Assembly (NCBI GenBank): GCA_003971905.1
Contig: RSEE01000097.1
Span: 62,001-126,000 of the forward strand
Reading direction: 5' to 3'
Length of the DNA: 64,000 bases
From: Moniliella sp. 'wahieum'
Taxonomy: Eukaryota
Positions within the stretch are counted from its first letter, which is position 1. Each line of letters begins with the position of its first letter. This document shows, one piece after another, positions 50,404 to 62,003 of this stretch. The notes below the pieces were generated by a model. That model had not been told where the DNA came from. It worked only from the letters and a program-made list of their open reading frames with translations, and did no database searches. The position numbers and the translations under genes are program-made.

Positions 50404-52604
50404 ATGCGACCACCAGGGGGACTCACCTCGATTCCATTTCGCCACTACTCTTCCCGTTCGTCTTGCCTGTCCTCCACTCTGCCCGCGCCTCCGCTGCTCC
50501 CTTGCTTCCGTCTCCGCCTCCGCTCTGTGCGCACCCCACCCGCACCCCTGATTCTCACGTCGAGGGCCCGGCCACTCCAGTTTCTTTCTCGGTCCCCACT
50601 CGCCTCTGCCTTTGCCTCGACATCGACTTTGACCTCGGCTTCTGCGCCTCGAGCCCCTCTTTCCCTTCGTCTGCTCCCGCTACACCTCGTCACATGATAC
50701 GAAAACGCCCACCGACATCGATCTCGGCCTTGAACCCATCGAGGCGCAGATCTGCCAGCTGCTCGACGACACGTGCCAATGGATCCAAGCTACCACCCGA
50801 TCCTCTCCCCGGACCTGGAGCCAGAGCCCGACGCGGATGGGAACCGCCCTCCCACGGCGGGAAACGCTGCAAGCGAACGAGTGGAAGTGCGAGGCGCGCA
50901 TTGCTGGGGATGGGTGCGCGACAAACTGGCCGGGTTTGCTTCGGACGATATGGATGTATCGCTTTCGAGTTTGACGGGCTTTCATTTTGCCCACTATCTC
51001 AGGCTCTACCTTGAATCGGACGCGTTTCATCAGTCTCCGCTCTGTGCCCAGATTGCCGCTCTTCCCAACAAACACAGCAAGGGCGCAATGGGTACCATTA
51101 GCAAGATCGAAGCCAACCCGGAGCAGAGCAAAAACCTTGAGACTGCCACTGTAACCGTGCTGGGCCGGTCGCTCGATTTTGTCAATCTGCGCAAGGAGAC
51201 GTACCTGAAGAACAGTCGGATCCCAATTCAAGAATTTGGCACACCTGTCCAGGACGCCGAACGGCGGGATTGCACCATCAATGCGCTCTTCTACAATGTG
51301 CACACGCACCGGGTGGAGGACATGACGGGTAAAGGGTTGTCCGACCTGGCGCACGGCTGTATCCGTACCCCTCTCGAACCGTTCCAAACCTTTGAAGATG
51401 ACCCGCTGCGGATCCTGCTGTGTCCGCTTTGCTAGCCGGTTCGCATTCACCTTCCACCAGGACATTACCGCCGTCCTGCTCGGCCCGCGCGGTAAGGTCT
51501 TGCGACAAGAGTTGGCCTCCAAGATCAGTCGCGAGCGGATCGGGATTGAGACAGATAAGATGCTACGTGGGCCGCACCCTGCTCTTGCGTTAGATCGGTT
51601 GCATGCGCTCCAGCTCTTCCCCATCGTCTTTCGTCCTCCTCCAGAGCAGGATGGCTCGTCTTCCCCTCTGTATGTGGCCAACCCCACCGCCAACCCACCG
51701 CCACCGCCACCACCGAACCCGTTGCGCCGTTGCGCTCGAAGAGGCGGTGGCGTTGGCAGCCCGATTGGACCAGATTTGGCGGGATGCAGAGAAAGCCCAT
51801 GAGGCGGGGACCCCGCCTTCGGCTCGGAGCGCACCTCTGTTTGATCCCGAGCAACGGCGTCGGTTGTTTTATGCCGCGGCGTTGTGGCCGCTGGCGGGAC
51901 TAATGACGTGGACCCATGCTGCGGAGACCAAGGGGAAAGCGGGCTCAAAGGCTCCGAAGCGCAGTTTGGTTTCGGCGACCGAGGTGGTGTTGCTGGAAGG
52001 GCTTAAGCTTGGGGCGAAATCGAGCAAGGAACCGGTCGAAGCGCTGTTGAAGGCGGTTGCTGCGCTCGCTGAGTTCAAGACCTGGGAAACGGCAGCGAGG
52101 CAACGGGGCGACAAGTTGGAAACGATTCAGACGCAGCTGTACTTTGTACTGCGCAAACCCTGCTTTGTCAACGAGGCCTACCACCTCTCCCCCGCCTCAG
52201 CCTTCATCTTTGCTGCGCTGGCCCATACTCATTCGGGTCCGGGGGGTTGGACGCCCACCTCGCCTCCCCACCGACTTGGACCGCTGGTGGAGCTGGATCG
52301 AGGAGCTGGAGATGGTACGGCGGGCGACGGACCGTCCACTGTTGAATGGTATACAGATCCAAGACCTGGTCGGCTTTGCACCGGGCCCGCTCATTCCCGC
52401 CATCCAACACCACGTGCTGGAATGGCAACTGTGGAACGTCGCGCCCGACGCTACCGCCGGTCCTGCTGCCTCGGCAGTCGCGGCGGCCCAAGCGTGGTTC
52501 CGCCCGGCCTGGGACACAGGCGCCATCTTGCCCCCCGACGAGGTGCACGGGCCCAGGCGGCTGCAGCGGCCAAGGGCGCCAAGAAGGCCAAGAAGAACGC
52601 TTGA
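50404..52604 (+). CDS. CCA1: CCA tRNA nucleotidyltransferase (class II); frameshifted
   Basis: GWVRDKLAG..SDDMDV, IEANPEQSKNLETA, LDFVNLRKETY, FGTPVQDAERRDCTINALFYN, IRTPL..TFEDDPLRIL, RFASRF, KISRERIGIE, PLLNG. Confidence 0.92.
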
Positions 52605-54055
52605 AGCTTGAAGCTTGATGTATTGATGGGCCTACTGCTTCGGAGGTAGGAGCGTAGTGGCGCAGGATGGGCATGTCTATTAGCTTGTACATATCGAACT
52701 TCAATGCTGGATGATTGACGTTAGTGACGGGGGTAGGACAGGTGGGGTTTGCGCACAACGGGTGCAGCACCCAGCTGGACAGCGACAGACGGCGGAGCGG
52801 AGCCACCAAGTCGGCTGTTGCGGCTACGTTGCTACGAATTAGCGCCACATCCAAGGGTGGCGCGGGCGGGTGGCGTAGGTGATCGATGATGTGTGATCGA
52901 TGATCGATGATGGAGAATGTGTGACGGCCACGTGATACACATGATGCCCAGTCTGAGTACTGTGATATACTGAGACTCAGTTACCAGTACCCACAGCGTG
53001 TACTCGCTGCTTTGATGCAATTCATCTTCTATATGGCCGCCATGCACCGCCCAGGCGACGAGATCCAAGATCCAAGATGTGACATGTGCATGTAACATGT
53101 AATACCAGGACGAAGCCGCCCGCAGGGGTGGCAGCGTGGCGCGTCAGGCACGTTGGGAATGTCAGGAATGTCGGGAATGTCGGGAACGCAGGCGAGGAAA
53201 GGCAGGACGCGCCGAACAAGGCGATGATCGATGATCGATGATCGATGTCGATGGCCCTCGTCCAAGGACGCCCCAAATGTGGCGTCGCGGACACTAGCAC
53301 TACGCGCTACGAGAGGCAGGGGACGGCGCTTGTTCGGCTCGGTTCGGCTCGTCCGGCTGGCATGGTGCATGGCGGGCGAGGCAGTGGCGAGGCAGCACAT
53401 GGGCGGGGCTTGCTAAGATCTGAGATCTGAGATCTGAGAGCGCCACACAGGGCCTCAGAGGCCAGAGGACAGCAGCGCAGCGCAGGTGGGGGCAGCGGCA
53501 AACTGTGGTAACATGTGCCACATGCTTGGACAGCAAGGTGGGGTCTCCTCCTGCGCTCGTTACTGCGACAGCTGAGCGGTGAACGCGGTGAACAGCACCC
53601 GCATTGGATACATCGCCATGGGCCGGAGAACAGTCGCCGGGGTGGCCCCTGGTGGCCCAGGGTGGCTCCGGTCTTGGTTCGGCCTATCTGTAAACACATC
53701 TGTCCTGTCTCGTCTCGTCATCGAATCGATCCGTCACGCGTCACGCGTCATCGATCGCCACCGCGTCCTCGGCAGGATCATCGATCATCCATCCCCCTTG
53801 GCGCCAGACCGTCTCCAGCACGTAGCATGCCCTCTCGCGCGTCACCGCCACCACCACCGCCATCCTCAATTGCAACTTCCCCTCTCTTGCGGAACCGTCC
53901 CGCTGCCATCGCAGCCATCCTGGTCCAGTGCGCGCACCGCTTCGCTCCTGCTTCTGCTGCTGCACCCCCGTCATTCGCCCTCTTCCCGCCCCTCTTCCGT
54001 CCGCCTCCAGTGATTCTTCCATCAGCAGCAGCTGCTGCCCCTCCCATCCCGCGCC

Positions 54056-54407
54056 ATGCCGATGCCCCGCAAGCCCAATGTGAATGAGATGAAGCTCCGC
54101 CGCCTGACAGAGAACAATGCGCGGCTACAAGAAGACCTGGGTCGGCCGCGCATCCCGGTCTCTGAAGCTAGCCAATCGTACGTGGATCTGCTGCTCTGGT
54201 TGTTCTCTTCGAGTTCTCATCGATCTCCGATCTAACCCCCTTGGGCTTCTTCCTCTGCTGCACCCATGAACGTTGAACGCAGCTTAGTGGCCTATTGCCA
54301 AGCCACGCGCGACCCCCTCGTTCCTTCGGTTTGGGGCGCAGTGGACAAGAAGGACGATCCCTATGCCCCGAAACAAGTTGCTACCGGATGCGAGTGCACA
54401 TCAGTGA
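54056..54407 (+). CDS. STE18: Heterotrimeric G-protein gamma subunit (Ste18/Gpg-like); intron 54178-54282
   Basis: [80 protein letters not shown].. fits the fungal GGL pattern ([28 protein letters not shown]). The CAAX end needs indel correction. Confidence 0.9.
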
Positions 54408-55118
54408 GGTATACGGCGGAGCTACCTTGGTTTTGGCTGCCAGACGCCTAGTTCGTGGGTAGGGTGACGTTCGGCATGCGGTACCTCTCCTGCTCAATTT
54501 GCCCAATTTGCCCACCTGCTGCCTATCGCCTAAGGTCTACCGGAGGATCAGTCAAGCTTGCCTGCCGTTGGACTCTGTCGGTGGCCTGGCATGCGTCACC
54601 TACCCCACTACCTACCTTTCCATGCTCGGAAGTTATCTGTTGTCGGCATCTTCCATCACTAGTCACTGGTTACCAAGGCTCAACTTCCAGTTCGGGAACC
54701 CTTTTTACCTCTCGCATTTCCCTTTGATACCAATCTCCTCTCCCCACATCAGCCTTGATCCTCTCCCAGGACCATCTGTCTTCAAAATCGGTTGGCCGCG
54801 TTCCACTCCCTTCTTTCAACGTCAGACCTCACGTTCACTTACCACTTACCCACACCTTCCAGAGGATCGACCCCCTCCACTTCATTGTCTGACCATGGTT
54901 GTCATTCCAAGCAATGGGCAAAGAAATTGTCGCTCTCCATCCTATTGTTTTGTCCTACAGCAGCAGGTAGTTGTGGCGACAAGAAACCGTCATCCAACTC
55001 CAAGAAGGCAATTATAGACATGGGATTCAACTTAAACTGTGTGCGCCAGAGGGAAAGGAGATACCAAGCCTACGCAGAGGCACCGGTCCTGCTTCATCCC
55101 CCCCACTTTCAGCTAACT

Positions 55119-56140
55119 CTACTCCCAGTAGGGCTTCATGTAGACCTTGAGGACCCCGGTTTCGATGCCAGCGGCATCGATCTGGTGGATTTCCGCCTCG
55201 GACAGTTGGTCGCCCGACTGGAACAGCGTCAAGATTTCCGGCAAGCGTTTTTGCGGCTGGGTCGAGGTGGTAACAATGATCCCGTTGGTCTTTTGACGAG
55301 CCCAGAGGTGCAGGACGCCAGCCTCGGTGCGCCCCGGCTTGGCCTGGGCAATGGCCGTGACCGCCTTGCGGATCGGACTGTCGGCCGACACGCTCTTGTG
55401 CGTCAACGGTGCCAGCGAGGCGTACACGGCAATTGTGATTCCGTGCGCGCGCGCATAGTCCAACGTTGCACGCGTCTTGTCGTCGCCCCACAGCAGGGGG
55501 TGGAACTCAATCTCGTTGAGCTCGATCGGGTACTTGGGGTGCGCGTCAACCACTTGCTGCAAATCAGGTGCAAGCCAGTTGCTCACCCCAATGGTTCTGG
55601 CACAGCACAAAAGTCAAATCGTTAGCCAATCGTTAGCCAATCGTCCCCATCCGCTCCGCATCCCCGCGGGCGAAACGAATCCAGCACATCCTCCCCACAT
55701 TCGCCCAACACTCACTTGGTCACTCCTTCATCGCGCAGCGCCTCCAGCGCGTTCCAGGCCGCGAGGTTGGTGGGTTCGCCTCCCTTACCGCGCGGCGGGT
55801 GGTGGAGGAGGAACGCATCGAGAGCCGAGACTTGGAGGTCAGTGCGCTCCTTGCGGCCCGAGGCGAGGATGGCTTCGTGGCCGTCCTTGATGGGGTTGTT
55901 GACCTTGGACAAGACATAAATGTCGCTGGGCGGGATGCCGCTGTTGCGGATCCCTTCGCCGTTGGAAGCCGAGTTGCCATAGACCTCGGCGGCATCGACA
56001 CTGCGGAAACCGAGCTGGAGCGCTTCGGCCACAATGGCGCTCGAGGGCTTGTTGTAGAGCGCGGTACCGCTGCCAAACGACAGCACCGGGGCGGGCTTGG
56101 TAGGGTTGGAGGGGAACGTGATGGACGGGATGGAAGGCAT
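55119..56140 (-). CDS. Aldo-keto reductase; intron ~55599-55715
   Basis: FGSGTALY, GFRSVDAAEVYGN (Asp/Tyr), YVLSK (Lys), DAFLLHHP (His), LRDEGVTK|TIGVSN, NEIEFHP, IAVYASLAPL. Confidence 0.92.
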
Positions 56141-56629
56141 GGTCAGTGCGATGGGAGCAAGGGGTGGTGGAGGGGAGACACGAAGGAGGTTGCGGCGGAG
56201 GGACGGAAACCACCCAGCCGAGCACATGACGCCATGGCCACCAACCAATCGCACAAGCCCAATTGGATCTAACCCTGCCAGCAAGATCATGCCCAGGCTG
56301 CTGCCGCTTCTGCGCCAATGAGTCCGAGTTGCTGACTAGCCCACTAGCCAAGCGAAAGGCGCTGGCGCTGAGCGCTGACGAGCGTCTGTAACGTGCCGCA
56401 ACCTCGGCAACACCCAAGCTCTCAATCGGATCAACTGGACTGAACGTATTTCAAAGTGAAAGCTTGGGCCGGTTAAACGTTACTCAAGTCTGTCAATGTT
56501 GTAACCCCGGTAACCCCGGCAACCCCGTGCCCTCGTCTCGTTCGCTCTCGCTCCTCTCGTTGCCGGCCCCGACTCCTACCAACAGGCTCCTCTCAAGCAA
56601 TCCTAAACTTCGGGGAGGGGGGGGGTAAC

Positions 56630-58721
56630 CTAGCGCCTCTGGGTGCAGCACACCTTACAGACACCAGTCATGTTACTCGTTACTGGGGATGATTGATGAT
56701 CGATGATGCTGGGTGCAGTGAGATATCCTATGAATTGCTCTTCTGTGTCGAGAAGGCCGATTATGCATCTGGATCGCTCTGGCCAGGAGGAGGCGAATTT
56801 GGAGCGTGCCCGAATCGCCGGTCCCCACTTGTAAAACACAAACGGAATGGGCACAATGAGGGTGGTAAGTGCCGCAACAAAGCAACCGGCACCGACTGTG
56901 CCCATCCGCTCGTACATTTGTCGTCCAAACGTGCCAATCCCGCCCGCCGCCACACAGCGGACAAACGCATTGGCAGCCATGCCCGACGCGGCCATGCTGC
57001 GGTACGCATCGGCGGTATAGGCAAGTTGCTAACGTAGCTCAAGCTAAACCCGGCGCCAAACAGCACACAGGCCAAAAGTGGCACGATCCAGTGCACCCCT
57101 TTGAAGCAGACCAGAGCAAACCACCAGAGACCTACAGGTGAACGCCGTTCCCCACATGGACGGGACCAGTCGGACTTCAGGGGGGGAGGCGCATTGTACT
57201 TGCGGAACTGCTTCATATACTGCGGCTCAAAAAGATCGTACCGAACACAGGGCAAGGCACATGCCGATAAAGATGGCGCAAAATGCCTACCAAGAGTGCA
57301 CCGCGTACGAGAGAGAAGGTCAGGTTTAATTGCGGAGGATAAGATGCCCTAGCGGGACCGGGAAGAAGTACGTACCATGCCTTCTTGCCAAAGACTAAAT
57401 CCATGGTCTCGGATAAAGACCAAGGGGAAGGCCTCCAAGAACAGGTAAATGACACTCAGTGTGATCGCGGACCATACGCAGAGACAAAGCATCATGGGGT
57501 CCAGAATGAGGAGGAGAGGAATGCGCTTGATAAACGTCCAAACAGTGTGCGCCTTGCTCACGCCTCGCAGGGCAATTTCCTGTTTGCTCAGCCACGTGTC
57601 GTCCCAGTCTCTTTTCGTAACTTGGCCGATCGAGCACGCAAAATCTTGGGGTGGTAGGTTTCTGGTACAAAGAAAACGATCAGAATCCATAGGACGTAGC
57701 CCAGATGATCAGGGCATAGAAGCTCCAGCGGTAGCTGGTTTGGTACTGGTTGATAAACCCGAGTACATTGGGGCGATCACAGCACCAAAAAATGGAGCAG
57801 AGGAGAAGCAGGAGAGAGGGAGGTAGACTTCTTGGGGGACAAACAAATCCGTTACCGTACCGCCAGCAACCGAAACTGTGAGAAGCGGGAGGAGACGAAA
57901 ACAGAAAAGGAACAGAAAAAGGTAAGTGAACTGAAGCAGAGCAAAATCAGAAGCCAAATGACATACCAAAGCTGCTAACGACCAAACCTGTCAGAAAGCG
58001 AAAGATAAAAAAGACGGCGGGATTGTTGGCAAGGCTACAGGGAGGTTCAGGAGCGTGTAGGCGGCCAAGCTGATGATGTAGATCATTCGTCGCCCATAAA
58101 ACTCGCTAAAGGGCGCCCACCAGATGCCACAGCCCAATCCAACCAAAAAGTGGTCACTCCCAACGTTGTCACCTCGCGGGGAATGTTAAACTGATGCATC
58201 AAGTTTTCTTGGCCAGTATTGGTCAAACTGCTTGCCGTCGTCCCGCACGTGCACGCCGTCACAACGACGAGGACGATGAACCATCTTTGGCCTTGCTCCA
58301 GCTTGGGGGGAAACCAGGATCTTGGTAGGGGTCAGGAGAGACGGTTTTGATCGAGTCTTGGGAGGTGTGCACGTTCCAAGTCACCACGTTGAATGCTTGT
58401 GAGGGGTGCTGCGGAGAGAGGTGACGGTACGGCGGATGTCCAAGTTGGTTGCGGCGTGCATCTCTTGGAGGGACGCAATGTCAAGCTCTTGTTCCTCCGC
58501 ATGGCTCATCCGCATTGATAGGTCGGTGCCTTCTGGAGCATCGAGGCTCGTCCTTATTCGCTCGGTGGGGTAGATAAATTGGGGGGGTTTGAAAGGGGCC
58601 GAATCATCATCTGATTCGCCCCCAGCTGCTCGTGTAGACGATGGGCCATGCTGGCCTCGTTGGTGCCCGCTGCGGGGACAGAGGCGCGGCGAGGCTGGCT
58701 TCTTGGGCTTGTATCCGTCAT
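56630..58721 (-). CDS. MFS drug:H+ antiporter (DHA1 family); several introns; frameshifted
   Basis: WWAPFSEFYGRRMIYI, VAGGTVTDLF, PFFGAVIAP, YLFLEAFPLVF, HWIVPLLA, PIPFVFYKWGPAIRARSKFA. Ends approximate. Confidence 0.85.
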
Positions 58722-59952
58722 CGGGGGGGGGGGGGGGGGGGGAGGGTCTGATATCCAACCTGATAGTCAACCAACCGCACTGAGAGATCGCGAACAGTTC
58801 AAGCGAAAGAGGTGGGTAATGGGATAGTAAGCGGTGTTGGATGTACTTTTCGCAGTGCTTGCTGGGATGAAAACAATTAAGCGGACTTGACAACTAGGGT
58901 ATGGGGCCTGTGGCCTGAAGGGAGCGGAGGGCGAGGCGAGGCGAGGCGAGGTGGTGACAAGAAGCAGATAGCAAACAAAGCTGAGAAGGGCCTATGCGCT
59001 TATGAGCGAGATGGAGCGCATGTGCCCTGGTGCGAATTGTCCCCATGTGCGGAGATGGGCACACTGGTTGTGGAGCGGACGCAGCACGGGGTCTGTGTCG
59101 GCCGGGGTGCATTCGGCTGATCCTTTTTACCGGCATCGGTGCATCCATCAGCACCATCAGTGCATCCATCATGCATCCAGGCATCAGTCCATTTATGGCG
59201 GCAGTGTTTGAAACCGCAAATGACTGCCCTGGTTGCCGGTCGGTACACTCCGTCCTCAGTCGGCGTACAGGTCCTACTCACCGACCACCAAGCTATCTAC
59301 GCCCATAGTGCACCACGTGACTTGCGACCTGCTGAGATCTGGGAGCGGCTGAGGCCCCTGGCCATCGAACGCGACAGCCCACAAACCCACACCCTCCCAA
59401 CGACCACCACCACCGTCTTGCGCTTACATGCCACACATTCACTCTCCAACTCCACACTACGACTGCCACGATTTCGAAGCAATTGAGAAAACATCGTTGC
59501 CCCACTCAGTCCTCACTACACACCCAATAAGAAACGCCAACAGCATGTGCAGCTGCTCTCAAACACGCGATCCCCGCCGCACTGCTGTTTCCACAGCGAG
59601 TCTTGACTAGAATACGTTGGAGAGCTGAGAGGCTGAGCTGAGAGTTGAAAGCTGAAACGAACGGTAGAATGGTACAAGGAAATCAGGTTGGCCATATTTG
59701 CGCCCTCAGCACGACCCTCAAAACTCAACTCAAGCTCAACTCAGGATGATCAACAACTACGAGCAACTGTCCATGCTATCATCCGAAGCAACAAGCACAG
59801 AATGACGTATACAGAATGATTGTTAGATGTGAGAAGTGGAGCAGAGGCTTGACACAGTGACGTTGGAACGAGTCGTAGCGCAAGGATGCGCATCATCAGT
59901 TTTTTGAGCCGCTGAAGTGAGGAGGGAGTCCTTAGGCTTTAGGCCTTAAGGC

Positions 59953-62003
59953 TTAGGCGGCGTTGTTGGCAGCGGACAGGGCGGCCTGGCGCTTAAGAGC
60001 TGGGGGCGAGTCGCCACGGGGGAGGAAGACCTCAACGACGTGGGCCTTGTCGGCCTTGTTGAACGACGGGTCGGTCAACAGCTTCTCCAGCTCAGCCTTG
60101 GTGTGGATGGCGTGGTACTGCGTCTTGGACATGACCGGGTCCGTGGCGTGCGAGGGCACGTTGGGCTTGGTCCAGGTAGGCGGGGGCGTGAGGAAGTCAA
60201 TCAACTTGGAGTGGTTCCAGATCGCAATGTCGTTGTAGAACTCGTCAGGGCCAAAGATTTGGCGCTCAATTTCGTATCCGTCGTTGTTGAGGATAAAGAT
60301 AAGGGGCGTCAAACCGTGACGGAAGACTGTGCCGAGTTCCTGTGCAGTAAGCTGCAGCGACCCATCACCAATGAAGTGGACCGTGCGGCCAGGACGCTGG
60401 GGGTTGTGCTGCTGCAGCTGGCGCAGACCAAGGGCCGCACCCAGAACAGCGCCACCAGTGAAACCAATGGAGCCCCAGAGCATTTGGGCAATCAGCTTAG
60501 CGTTCTTGGGGAACGTCACGTCGTCGATCAGACCGAACGACGAGGTACCGGTCTCACCAAGCACAACGTCGCCCTCCTGGAAGAACTGGCCCATCCGGGG
60601 CCAGAAGTAGCCCTGGGTGATGACGTCATTGGCCTTGAAGCCTTTCGCGCCGCCGAGACGCGAGAGGGTAAGCTCATCCAGCTCCTGGATCTGCTCGTCC
60701 ACAGAGGGAAGAGCGTTGAGGGTGAGGGAACGGACGGGCGCCAGAAGGGACTTGGTGATGGCCAGGCGCTTGTCAGCCATGCCAGCGAAGGCAGCAGTCA
60801 GCTTGGGCAGGAGCCACTTCATCTTGATGTCCTCAAAGACGGCATAGCCAATCTTGGTGTGGTCCGAGTGGAGCTCGATGGTGGCCGTGCGCTTGGTACG
60901 GTAGGAGAAGGAACCCGTGTTGTAGTCCGAAAGGAGACCACCAATCGAGAGGATCAAGTCGGAAGCCTCGACGATTTCCTTGACGGCAGGCTTGCTCAAG
61001 CTGCCAAGGTAGACACCACCGAACGGGCGTTGTTGAGCTCAGTGACAACCGTCTTGCCCATGGGGGTGGTGAAGACGGGGAGGCCAGTGACCTCGGCAAA
61101 CTTGCGGGTCTCCTCAACCACGTTGTGGCGCGAAGCGCAAGCGTCGACCAGGATGATCGGCTGGGTAGCAGCCTTGACGCGCTTGATGATCTCGTCAAGC
61201 ACGTTGCGCTCAATCTCCTCGTTGTTGGGCGAGACGGTGGTCTGGAGCTTGTACTCTTGCAGGCGCTTGGCAGCCGTAACGGGCAGGGGGAGGTCGACCA
61301 TGTTGGAGGGGTAGCCAATGTAGACGGGGAGGGAGCGGGACACGCAGAACTCGAGGATCGAGTCAATGGCGCGGCAAGCGTCAAGGCCAGTGGTGATGTC
61401 CTCCGCCTTGGTGCCCTTGGGGATCAGGGGCAGACGGCCCTCACGGTGCATCTGGTACAGGTCAAGCTGAGCGCCCGTGATCTGGCGGGCCATGTTGAGG
61501 AAAGCGTCGAACTTGTGGTCACCTAGGAGGCACAAGAGGTCAGATGAGAATCCAGCAATGAAAAGGAAAAGGAAAAGGAAAAGGAAAAGGAAAAGGAAAA
61601 GGAAAGGAAAAGAGGGCAAAAACATACCCAGGGTGTGGTGAAGCAAAAGACCCTCATCCTGAGCCTTGGTCGAGGGAGTGCCGACAATGTGGATGACGGG
61701 CAAGCGCTCAGCCATGCTGCCACCAAGGGCGTTGCAGGCGCTCAGCTCGCCGACACCGAAGGTGGTGGTGAGGACAGCAGGGCGCGGGTGGCCCTCAGAG
61801 AGCACACGGGCGAGACCGTCGGCCGAGTAACCGGCGTTGAGCTCGTTGGAGTTGCCAATCCAGCCGAGGCCGCACTCGCGCCAGCGGGTGAGCATGGCGA
61901 GCGTGAAGTCGCCAGGAAGACCCTGGACAAACTCAACCTCGAGCTGCTTCAAGCGCTCGCAGAGGTAGTCGGTAAGGGTGATGGTGCCAGCAACCGGGGC
62001 CAT
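59953..62003 (-). CDS. PDC1: Pyruvate decarboxylase (ThDP-dependent); intron ~61523-61627 containing (CCTTTT)n
   Basis: DYLCERLKQL..GLPGDF, WIGNSNELNAGYSADG, TTFGVGELSA, LLHHTLG|D, TTPMGK, LSDYNTGSFSY, ETGTSSFG, QMLWGSIG, ThDP motif GDGSLQLTAQE...NNDGYEIER. Confidence 0.96.
61560..61612. repeat. (AAAAGG)n microsatellite inside the PDC intron
   Basis: gaaaaggaaaaggaaaagg... about 8 units, read directly. Confidence 0.9.

Noticed and set aside
60040..61314. 424-aa plus-strand ORF, and similar long antisense ORFs at 50680-51948, 38297-39418 and 11291-12214
   Set aside because: These are shadow ORFs opposite real GC3-biased genes (PDC, CCA1, Far1 copy B, kynureninase).
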